Part shown: in pieces, positions 1 to 10,388 of the stretch
Numbering within the stretch: position 1 is the first letter of the stretch
How the letters are laid out: the number at the start of each line of letters is the position of its first letter
Assembly (NCBI GenBank): GCA_050230475.1
Contig: JBFLGF010000085.1
Span: 50,040 to 70,039 of the forward strand
DNA: 20,000 nucleotides
Direction of reading: 5' to 3'
Source: Ancylonema sp.
Taxonomy: Eukaryota
The notes under the pieces: generated by a model
What the model was told of the DNA's origin: nothing
Seen by the model: the letters and a program-made list of their open reading frames with translations, nothing else
Databases searched by the model: none
Program-made: the position numbers and the translations under genes

Positions 1-415
1 AGTCTTTTAGGACACGGAGCCGGGAATGCTGCTATACCCGGGTATCCGTCCGCACACGGCACGTCCACACTTGCACGGACGTGACCAAGAAGCTCGTAGT
101 CGTTGTAGGATGCTAGGCGGTGTCACCACCCCATTAGCTGGATTTGTGTGGTGAACAGTCGAGTCCGGCAGGTTGCCGTGGACATACGTGCGCTAGCACG
201 ACGGCGGTCGATAGTTCCGACCGTCGGTTAGAAAAGTGTTCGGTAATCATTGTACCGTTGTCGCCTCGTCGGGTACATTAGCCCGACAGAATGCTTTTCT
301 AAATACATTTCACAATCATACCAAACGCTATTGCTTTACCGTAAGTTTATTGTCGTGTATTGAAAGCAGTGAACTTGTGCGCTACCGTGTTAAGTGACAA
401 ATCGTTTTAGGCGAC

Positions 416-2081
416 ATGTACTTGGACGAAAACCAGGGTTCTAATGAAGAACCCCTTTTCCATTCTAACCCACTCGTCGGACTTTCTCAAACCCCCAAAG
501 TCCCCTCATCCCCTCATCCCCTCGACGGTTTCGGGGGATGGGAGGAAAGAAGCAATACGGAAGACGAGAGGGGGGCTAGTGGTACCTGGGGCAAGGAGTG
601 GAGGGAGGGTGGGGGGGAACCTGAAGGTGGGCGGCCTGCCAGTGATGCCGATCCTCTTTCCGCTATCAACCTATCACGAGAGCGCGGCACAAGTTGCCTT
701 GAGGGGGCATTAGGTAGTGGGGTCGTAGGGGCGGTAGTTGGAATGAGAGGACTCTATTCAGGTGGGGGGTTGAAGGAGGAGGGGAACTCGGGTAGAGCAG
801 GCAAGGTAGGACGTCAGCCGCAGGGGCGGAGAGGTGGAGAGTTGGAGAAGGAAGAGGGGGGTGTTGGTGGGGAAGTAGAGGAGATTGTGCCTCTAGGTGT
901 CAAGTTCTGGCTTCCAACCACGGAAGACATTCTGATGGGGCGCACGTCCTATACGTGTCAAGTGTGTCTTAAAGAGTACTTTAGTAGGATTAAGTTGCAG
1001 GTAAAGTGGAGGGGAGTTCGAACTTTGCGACCTTATGGCTGAAATGATTGTGATCTAGTAGTTTGTTGAACAAAATCAAGCCACTTCGGACCTCTCTACG
1101 CCTTGTAGCTCACACGCTAGAGTTGTTTTCATGTAATGCATGCGGTACGTTTATCTTATTACCCGCGTTCCATGATAAGACGTGTGAATCCGAATCAGTT
1201 ATCATTCTATATTTCTCACACCTTTCCATGTCACCCCCCTCTCCCGTCCCTCCCCCCTTCCACCAGATGCACATGTGGTCTCACGGAGACTCTCACCGTA
1301 CCAAAGAGGCCTCCCTTGCCAAAGTGAAGCGCCCCAACGCCTATTCAAAGCTACCCTATTATTGCCCGAGTGAGGGGTGCCGGAACCAAATAGGTCACCT
1401 CAATGCGCGTGCTTTGAAAGACCTTCGCATGCTTCAGCTGCACTACCACCGGAAGCATGGGCGAATGGAGTTTGAGTGTAAAACTTGCGAAAAGGTAAGG
1501 GTTGGGCGGGCGGATATTGGGGGGGCGGGCGGCAATTGAACAGTGTGGGCGGGGCTAGTGGAATCGCATGTCAAACCGTGCGGTCGTGGTTGTGGATGTA
1601 ATTATTGTTAGTGAGGTACGTAGAGCTCCATGTGCATCTTACTTTATACGTATGTATACTCACATTCAAATGTTGTTAATGTCGCCTTCTATACCGTTCT
1701 ATCTTCCACCAATTTATGAAGAGTGACCTCTTTTTGTAAGTTTCTTTATTACGTTGCAGTTGTATGGCGATACACCTAAGAGTAGTTTCTAAGAGTAATT
1801 TCCTCTTGTTGCTTCCATTGCAAACCTTTGCGATGCGCGGTGACTGGCGAACGCACGAAAAGAACTGTGGAGTGAGATGGCATTGCAGTTGCACAACGAT
1901 CTTTAAACACAAGCGAAGCCTCAAGGATCACATCCAGTCTTTTGGTATCGGACACGGAGTTGTGGAGTCGGAGGATGCGGGAGGGGAAGGAAGGGGGATG
2001 GTGAAGATGATAGTGAAGGCGGTGGAGTTGAATTGTGGTAGTGAGATAGGGGGAGAGGGGGGGAGAGGATGTTGGCGATGA
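416..2081 (+). CDS. WIP: WIP-family C2H2 zinc-finger transcription factor (WIP/TT1/NTT-like); exons 416-1000, 1267-1494, 1824(or 1794)-2081; possibly impaired
   Basis: Spliced translation gives [39 protein letters not shown]...[92 protein letters not shown]. This matches the WIP domain as I recall it (YWIPT..QIL.G..QF.C..C...MQMHMWGHG...LKDFRTLQTHYKRKHG...[15 protein letters not shown]...[10 protein letters not shown]). Donors GT at 1001 and 1495, acceptor CAG ending 1266, all phase 0. The homology-implied second acceptor is CAA (1821-1823). Confidence 0.88.
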
Positions 2082-2798
2082 GGAATTTGAGGAGGTCAAA
2101 GATGGTAACGAACGCGAAGATGAGGGTGTGCTATGCGAGCTATGGGAGGCGCGTGTGCGTTTGCAACAAGTACAATGTTTGAAACTCTGAGGATTTTCCA
2201 CCATTGCTTTTTAGAAAGGTTGCATTCAACTTGTGTAGTCGAGTAGAGATGTTTGTGATCGGGCTACGCTCTTGCGCGAGGAGTTCGAACTTCGTGAGCA
2301 TTTATATTTATGTTTTTCAAATTGATAATAGTCTTCAACTTTACTAGCTCGATCAAGTAAAAGGTTTCCAAAACCAGAAGGTACATTGACTATATTTGTA
2401 TTCAAGTGCGGCAACTGTAAGATGTTTGCGGTTGGCAAGCGACTCTAGTTGTTAAATGGAGACAATGCCATATTTTGCTTACTATTATGCGTTCGATATC
2501 ACGATAGTTGAGAATCATTTAACCTCATTTCCTCTGGAAGTGATAGTATTTACGTTTTAGGTTTTTCCCAAGTTGCACGCAAGTCATCTTGCCCTCCTCT
2601 TATGTCATTTTGATTTTGTACTTTCGACTACGAGTTGTGCACCTTGTAAAGGGGATTGAATCAACCACGAGTTTAAGAATTACGTGGACAACTACTGGTA
2701 GGTTAGGAATGTCAAGCCGTAATAATCAGGGAGTTGACTCACCTCAGTTAACGTTGCTCCCTCACTCTCCACTTGCTCTAGAGCTTGGAGCAAGTGTG

Positions 2799-2994
2799 TG
2801 GCCCATAATTGGGCGAAATCCGATCAGGGAATTTCTGATCCGGATTGATCCAGATCCGACCCATGTGTTGTCATGTGTTGTCATCGTGGTGTAAGAGTCC
2901 CAAACACGAGTTCTTGTTTTATTTTTGTATTTTCTTTTTGGGCCTGATCCGATCAGATTATTTCCGGATCGGGGATTGGGATGGACACGGGCCA
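2799..2994. mobile_element. Degenerate MITE-like inverted-repeat element
   Basis: Ends TGGCCC...GGGCCA. Imperfect subterminal inverted repeats rich in CCGATC/GATCCG (about 2817-2850 vs 2941-2980). Flanked by direct repeat AGTGTG (2793-2798, 2995-3000). Confidence 0.55.
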
Positions 2995-3326
2995 AGTGTG
3001 CCCTATAATATATCCGAACGACTTACGAGGTCCAACAAAACACTGACACTCGTTTCAAAATCTACTCGAAACCGTCGTTACGGGGTGTATAACGTCACCT
3101 GAATGTAGCAAAAGAAAAACTCACAGATTTACAGATTTGTTATAGTCGTTGTATGGAGGGTTTACTGTATGCTTCATGTGAATCCGTGTGAATACCCGTA
3201 ATACCCGTGAGTAATAACCGTGTTAAAGGCCTCGCACCCTCTTCCTATTTGCAAATTTACACCTCACCTTGTTTTCCCGATTGTTGGGTCACATGATATA
3301 ACCTACCTCCGCATTTTTAACCACGG

Positions 3327-3754
3327 TAGGTAAAGTACCATCCGCGGCCAACCGCACCCAACCATTTTGGTTGGACCCAACGGGGTGGCCTTTTCCCAAC
3401 CGCACCCCAAGCGCCATCCGGTTGGGGAGGTGCCAACCCGGTGAAATGCGGTTGGTTGGTTGGAAAAATGGCTAGAAAAGGCGCAATTTTAAAGCTTCAG
3501 AGTCAAAAGTTGGGCCCCAAAATTGAATTACATCACAAAAAAATAAAGAACCACGTCAAATCAAAATCGAACCTTCGAAGTTGTGGACTAGGCTTTCACC
3601 TTGTTAAATATTGATAGAGTAAACATGTAATACCGCCCCAACCGCATGCCAACTGGGTGACACCTCTGATGGATGGCCAATACCCACCCGTTTAGGAGTT
3701 GGCTTGCGGAGTTGGCTTGGCCAAGAGTCACCCGGATGGATCAGCCGTTACCTG
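3327..3754. mobile_element. Degenerate non-autonomous DNA transposon-like element with CCAACC(GCA) subterminal repeats
   Basis: Ends TAGGTAA..CCATCCG..GGCCAA and TTGGCC..CGGATGG..TTACCTG. Many CCAACC/GGTTGG motifs in both orientations around an AT-rich core. No target-site duplication found. Confidence 0.45.
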
Positions 3755-4263
3755 CAAGAGCGCGGTCGGGGTCGGACATCACGAGGCTGCGCGGTCGGTC
3801 GCCGCGCGACCCTACTCACATCGCGGGGGGACGGAGGGGATCACGCATTGGAAGCCCGGGGAGAAGGGAGGAGGGACGTGAAAAACAGCGGAAGGGCCGC
3901 GGAGAGGACGGCCCTCCTCCCACTCCGAGGAGGGTCGCGAGGGTAGGAGGGCCTATCACGACGCGCTGAAGGCAGCCTGGGATACACAGCGCGACGTGAG
4001 CTTGCAGCAAGACCTGTGCAAATTGCGATTCTCGCTACCGCAGACGCGGTACAGGTACTAGTCGAAAGTCAGGATTCCTTCTGACGCTTTGAGTGTATAT
4101 GTTTTGGAGCTCGACAATCAGACGGAGAAGACACGAGAGACAAACAGCATTTTGCTGCACGCTTTCGGGCCTTTGGCCGAGAAATTAGGAAGAGGTAGTG
4201 AGATACGAGGGCATTCAGGAAATTCTACGGTGGAAATCATCGCGAATGGTCGATTATTTTTGA

Positions 4264-6712
4264 ATGGCTCGCACTATACTGGCACAGAAAACTCGCAGTG
4301 ACTTCATCGTGAAACTGGACCAAGTCCGGAAGTGGAAGGACGAAGAATCTACTGTAGCCTCTGCTCCCGCACCTACTGTAGCTGCCATCTCAAGAAGTGG
4401 CGCGTTTTATGACCCTTTGACTTCGCATGAGAACGAGAGAGCGGATAGCTCTGCTTCGTGCCCCTTCCCAGTAAATGACGACATTAATTCTAAAATATTA
4501 GTGTGGAGAGGAACGCCGTGGTTACTAGAAGTGGATGCAGTGGTGAACAGCACTAATGAGGTGAGTATGTGATTTGAAGTAAACGCTTAAGGAAAGCATG
4601 CGTACTGGCCAGACAGGTCAGAAATGGCGGGCGCAATGCAGAATGTAAGCGAGTAGGCTGTGTCAGAAGTGTCGTGTCGAGTGGCGAACGTGCGCCAATG
4701 AGAGAGCGTCATGGTCATGTCGTACTTGCTCTGTACGGCGTGTCATGCAATTTCACCTCTGTGTACAGTTTCCAGTCTTCGTCATCCATCAGTGTTTTCA
4801 GTAATAAAAAAATCACAGTAATGTCACAATTATGTCACAGACACGTCATTGCGTCGGAACTTCAGCCCTCTCAATCTAGACTTGCTATATGACATGCAGC
4901 TGTGTACGTTTGCCTCCCCCCCCCTCTTTTTGAACCTTGAAACCAAGCCCAAGCTCACCCAAGCAGCAAATGAACCAGAAGCTTGTTTACTTTTCCTCTC
5001 CTCGCCAACTCTTGCTGTTGGTGTCACAAATTAATTGAGTCTGCGTCCTTCCTTCTCCCTCTCTACCTCTTGCCAACCACCTTCCATTCTTTTGCTGCTG
5101 CTCCCACGTTTTCCAGAGTCTTGACGAATCCTTTTCCAGCCCCGGCCTTCATGCAGCAGCGGGCCCTGGGCTCGCCGAGGAATGTGCCACGTTGGTGAGG
5201 GCCACGTGTCTCCCCACAAATCATCACTCCACGAAGCCTGACACAGTGTCATGCATTTCCCTGCCCTGGACCATGACCTGGTGCCATGACCTGGAAACCG
5301 ACTGCTAGAGAAGCTCAGAAGCCCCTTAGCCCCCTTTTATTCCCATCTTCAGAGGTCGCATATCGATAATCAGAATCCTATGCTCTACGCATCGCAGCTC
5401 AGTTGACATCCCCGCATCTGATACGGGACGAGGTGGTGGTTGGTTGTTAGTTGGTTGGTGGAACGAACCAAACAGTTCGTTCCTCTGGCATGCACGCAGT
5501 TTGCAGGCTGACGGGTAACTGGTAGTGGCGCTCCTTATTTTGCAGGGCAACTGCAAAACGGGGATGGCAAAAATCTCAAGCGCCTATGATTTGCCAGCCA
5601 GGTGAGCCAACGAGGACTGACTCATCACTTACAACTGCTCACCCAATCCTCTTTCAAGCATTCCGCATCCCTTCACGCACCCCTATGCTGCTCATCGAAA
5701 CTTCCTATTCCCGGACCCCCCAATTATTGAAGTGACTGGTTTCTTGATACTTGACATCAAGACAGGCAACCCTCTATGCAGGCACACGCCCTATAACTAC
5801 AAATAAATTCACGCTCTATGTATGCATCAGGGTGGGAAGAATACCATATGTGGCAAATCATTATCCCTTCTACAAGGGCATACTATCCTCAAACGGCAAC
5901 CAAAAACGTGCCTACAAAGAGGGTGTCCTTACCGTCTGCAGCCATCTGTGGTCTGTGGTCTGTGTCCCCAGACGCGTGATCCACACTGTGGGCCCGCGCT
6001 ACCTCCCCCACTACCAGACGGCGGCTGAGAACGCTTTGAGTCAGTGCTACCGACACGCGCTGGAGGTGGCGATCGAGCACCATCTGGGGACCATCGCCGT
6101 GGGGTGCATCTACTCGGAGGCAAAAGGCTTTCCGAGGGAGAGAGGGGCACACATAGCCTTGCGTGAGTGGGGATTTCTTCAGGGTTTATTTTTGGGGGTT
6201 TTCTGGCTTGTGAGGGTTTTTTTTTGGTTTTTTTGGGGTTTCCTCAAGGTTTTTCTCAGGGTTTTTATTTTTTTCCCGAGTTTTTTGTGAGAGGAGGGGA
6301 GGATTAGGGAACAGAAGTTGTATTCCCGAATCCAGAAAAGAAAACATGTTTCTGAACCAAGGGTAAGGGTAGGGGTAATTTTGGACACAAGTCTTGGGTA
6401 ACCTCTTAGACCTGACTTAGTCCGTGGGTCATAGTGAGGGTAGAACTAGGGGGTAGGGCCAGGGGAAGGACAAGGAAGAGGGGTAGGATTGCAGTGAGGG
6501 TAGTGGTGAGGATATTGCGGAACCGTAGTCTTCCCTTCTTTCTCGGCTCTTCCCTACCAGGCACGGTACGACGGTTTCTGGAGAACCACGGCGAGCGGTT
6601 ATCTAGCCTCGTGTTCTGTCTGACAACGCCCTTGGATCTGGAGATATACATCAGGTGAAAGGCAGCATCATCACACTCGTCACCCTCATCATCATCATCA
6701 TCATCATGAACG

Positions 6713-6743
<31 letters not shown>

Positions 6744-9597
6744 TATCGCCATCATCATTATCACAAGTCCGGTACAGAACCATCGATATTAGACACACTT
6801 ATCCAAGCTTGGTGTCTAAAGTTCACGTTTCCTCCCTCCCTCCCCCCTCCCCCCCCCCTCCCCCCTCCCTCCTCCCCCCCCCCCCCAGATTGCTCCCCCT
6901 CTACTTCCCCCGCTCCCCCCCCGAGGAGCGTGCCTCCTCCCATTCCCTCCACGGCCACCCCATTGACTCCAACGGCGATTCCGTGCACTCAGAGCGCGCC
7001 ATAAGGATCTCTCCGCTGCCAAACCCATCTGCCCCCTCCACCCCAAGGGGGTCGCAGAGCAGCTCCTTTCGGGAGGGGGGGCGGGCGAGTAGCAGCCGGC
7101 TCAGCGTGTACTCGTCAATTCGGTAAGGGAAGCAGGGTTTGTTTCTCGTGGGAGACCAGCTAGGAAGGATGCAGGTGTGTATGTATGCATGTGTGTATGT
7201 ATGTAGACTCAAACCTAGATATCAGAAACTCTTCGCGATAAGAAGCTATTTCTCGGTTTTTGGTTTCGTATTTAACTCAAAATGTGATTTATGTAAGAAA
7301 CGTTTTTTGCTCGAAATTTCTAGTTTTCTTGTATCGGGTATCACTCGCTAATTCTCATAGCGAGTGTATGCATGTATGACTGTATGTATGCATATGCTGG
7401 TATATAAGGATGTATGCATGATTGAATGTATGTATGGAAGTTTGTATATTCTTCTTTCTGTATGTATGTATGTATGTATGTATGTATGGAGGTATGTTAT
7501 ATGTATGAAGGTTTGGAGAGGTGTTTGTCTGGATTTCTATATGGATGAATTCACTTATGCACGTAGTCTGCATAACATGAATGGGTGTATGCCGCAGCTA
7601 TGGGTATGCACGTACAGTTGATACACGCATGAACGGTTGAATATATTCATGGCTGTATGATGTACAGATTGAAATGTGTACATATTTTGCAAATATATAT
7701 GTATATGTACAAACATATAAACATATACATACATACATATATACATATATACATACATACATATATACATATATACATACATACATATATACATATATAC
7801 ATACATACATATATACATATATACATGTATACATATAAACATAGATGCATATATACATGTATACACGTACGTCACCTCCCCAGCCAACCCCCCCTCCCAC
7901 AGCTCCGACTCCTCCTCCCTGGGTACCCTGGTCGACCCTGTGTTCATGGCCATGATGCGCGACCCTGACCTCCGTCGCCAAGAGCAGTGGGAGCGCGCAG
8001 CAGCAGCGCAGCAGGGGTCCACGGTGGCAAGGTGGCTGGGGTTCAGGGGACTGGGGGGGCCCGCACTCACCCCCGCCGAGGAAGACTCTTTACACGCGCG
8101 CTACCTGGCAAGGGCAACTGCGCTGGCGCTGCAGGATATAGCGGAGATGAAGAGCCTGTGAGTTGGGCCCGGGAGAGGGGGGGGGGCGGAGGAGGAGGGG
8201 GCTGTGTGAGTGGGATATGAGGAGGGTTATTATATTGAAAGGGTTTGGGGTTTGGGGTCGGGGTTGGGGTTCAGGTACCGAGGAGGGGTGGATGTTGAGG
8301 GGAGGCCGTTGGTGGTGATTGTGGGTGGCCACTTTTTGGCGAGGGCCATGGACCTGAACCGATGGGTGCTGTTCGCTGTCAGGGTGAGAGAGAGATGCTG
8401 CCACCTGGCACACGTGGATTGCTGACGTGGCAGGCAGTGGTGGGTCGTACGGATGGAGGTGCGCAGGAGATTGAGCAGATCATCACCCGCCCCTACACGG
8501 CGGTGTACTTCCATGCCGCCACTCGACTTCCTCCGTAAGAGCACGACCGATGAAGTTTGTTCGTTCTTAAAACCAGGAAGCCCACCAGGGGGGGAGTTTG
8601 TTGTGTAGGGGTAGGAGAATAGGGGAGAAATGGAGGGGGGGGGAAGAAATATGTAAAAGAGGGGAGCAAGCACAGGTGGCAACAGGGGGGGGGCGGTTTT
8701 TTTGGGGTTCAGGAACCCGGATTTCGGTTGGTTGAAACGCCTGCATCAGGGACTGGGGAGGAAGCACCGTCACAACCTCCAGGTACCGCCCTGACCTGCC
8801 CTGACCTGCCCTGTCCTGTCCTGGCCTGCCAGGGGTCTCTTCGGTGGTGTTAGATGGGGGGGAGGGGGGTTGAACCGGGTTCTGTGGGGTTTGGGGTTGG
8901 GGTTGGGGTTCAGGCTCTGTATGTGGTTCATCCTTCCCTGGGGCTCCAGCTGGCGATCTTTACCGCACAGCAGCTGGTGGACCCAGTGGTAGGACACGTG
9001 GCAGGGGAGGAGGGTGGGGGGGAAGGGGGGGGGGGGGGGGGAGAGTGGGAACCCTAGTGTGGGTGTGAATGGCAGGTGGCGGTTGGTGGTTGGTGCAGGT
9101 GTGGAAGAAGGTGCGTTTTGTGGACCGCCTCCTTGACCTCTTCCGATTTGTTCCTCGGGACCAGCTACACATTCCCGACTTTGTACTAGAGTGAGTGAGG
9201 AAAAGCCAAAAAGAAGGTTTTATACATATTTTGTTGTTCGCCTTTTCAAATTGTTCCCCCTTTTTTCACTATGTTTGCTATCCCCAGCCGCTTCCATGTG
9301 CAAAATATAAACATGAGGAGGAGGGTAATGAATTGAAGTCGTCCTGGTGGGAGGGGTATCGTGAATCAACTTCCGGCCACAAAAGTGATCCTACAAGCAA
9401 ATTATAGGGGGGTACTGCAAGTTGTTTCTGTGAGGTGGTAGTGGACACATTGAAGTAAGGAGCCCAGAGTAATTTTTGTGGTGGGTGTGATGGTTTGCAG
9501 CCACGACATGGCGGTGAACCCTCAAGACGTGATTGGAGTACAATCCCAACCCCAACCGGAGAGGAGGAGGATAGCAACCCATTTCTTGCCATCATGA
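4264..9597 (+). CDS. GDAP2: GDAP2-like protein (Appr-1-p/macro domain + CRAL-TRIO), ~571 aa; exons 4264-4560, 5117-5194, 5546-5601, 5972-6162, 6561-6654, 6889-7122, 7903-8157, 8275-8383, 8467-8534, 8713-8782, 8914-8988, 9099-9190, 9501-9597
   Basis: All 12 introns are GT-AG with consistent phases, and the exons sum to 1716 nt. Macro motifs: [16 protein letters not shown]...[87 protein letters not shown]. Linker: [16 protein letters not shown] motifs: [64 protein letters not shown]. Confidence 0.93.
6686..6762 (+). repeat. (CAT)n microsatellite in GDAP2 intron 5
   Basis: Interrupted catcatcat array, seen directly. Confidence 0.9.
7365..7505 (+). repeat. Degenerate (TATG)n microsatellite in GDAP2 intron 6
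   Basis: tgtatgtatgtatg runs, purest at about 7459-7487. Confidence 0.85.
7693..7865 (+). repeat. (TACA/TA) minisatellite with a 24-bp unit in GDAP2 intron 6
   Basis: Unit ATACATACATACATATATACATAT repeated about 4 times; also visible as YIHTYIHI repeats in the spurious ORF. Confidence 0.88.
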
Positions 9598-10150
9598 CAA
9601 GGAACCGGCTTCTTTTCTTCTGCTCATTTTCGAGCGCTCCTGCATGACTCTTTGTTCCTTGGCTTTATATTCTCGGGCCAATTATTGAGACATTCACACC
9701 AGAATTGATTGGTGGGGAGTAGTGGCATTGTTTTTGGTTGCACCCCCCTCGTGAAAGTTGAAGGTCTGCATTGGGATAACGACGTCTTGACAACGACGTT
9801 GTTGGAGTAATCACAATCACATTCGCAGTTGTATATAGTCATGAAGTAGGTAGGACGGAGAGTAGGCACTTATGTGTGTTTGTAAAGTGCACAATTAGAT
9901 GTATTTCCTTCTGCGTTACGATGTCTAAAAGCTTGTTGCAAGTCCACAAGGACAAGCATGGTGTTGAACCAATGGCGCGAGATAGAAGCGAAAATGACTT
10001 TCAGGCTTTTGAAGGTCCATTGTTGGCAGATTTGCCTCCGTGGACTTTCGGAATAATAGTATGCAATGTAAAGAATGGGTTTACGACAATACCATACTGG
10101 TCCCGATACATTCCTTTCCTACAATGTGTAGGCGTCTTTTAGGATGACTA

Positions 10151-10388
10151 CCGTACTGGCCACACATAATGACCCGCAAATAATTATGAGAAGGGTGGGT
10201 CGGGTCAAATCAAATAATTCAAATTTTATAAAAAGTGGGTCATTCTATAATGTGGGTCACGAGATACTAAATGTTTTTCAGGATTTAAAAAAATAAAATA
10301 TTGGGTGCGCGGGTTGGGTCAAGTGGTGGTTTTTTAGTTAAATTAATTCGTTTCTTAAAACCTGGGTTATTATGTATGGCCACTACGG
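10151..10388. mobile_element. Non-autonomous Tc1/mariner-superfamily (Tc2/pogo-like) MITE, 238 bp
   Basis: Left TIR CCGTACTGGCCACACATAATGACCC; reverse complement of the right end CCGTAGTGGCCATACATAATAACCC (22/25 match). TA on both flanks (10149-10150, 10389-10390). AT-rich interior with repeated GGGTC motifs. Confidence 0.85.

Noticed and set aside
2401..2448. FKCGNCKMFAV, resembling a stray zinc-finger fragment
   Set aside because: Stop at 2446-2448, no His ligands or splice context; likely chance.
3673..4010. Arg/Gly-rich ORFs upstream of GDAP2
   Set aside because: GC-rich promoter/5' UTR-type sequence with no homology cues.
6175..6385. Telomere-like AGGGTTT motifs in GDAP2 intron 4
   Set aside because: Too irregular to be an interstitial telomere array; simple G/T low complexity.
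6406..6798. Minus-strand poly-Asp ORF
   Set aside because: Antisense reading of the (CAT)n microsatellite and GDAP2 exon 5.
7355..8070. ORFs with YIHT/MYVC repeats on both strands
   Set aside because: Translations of intronic TATG/CATA microsatellites.
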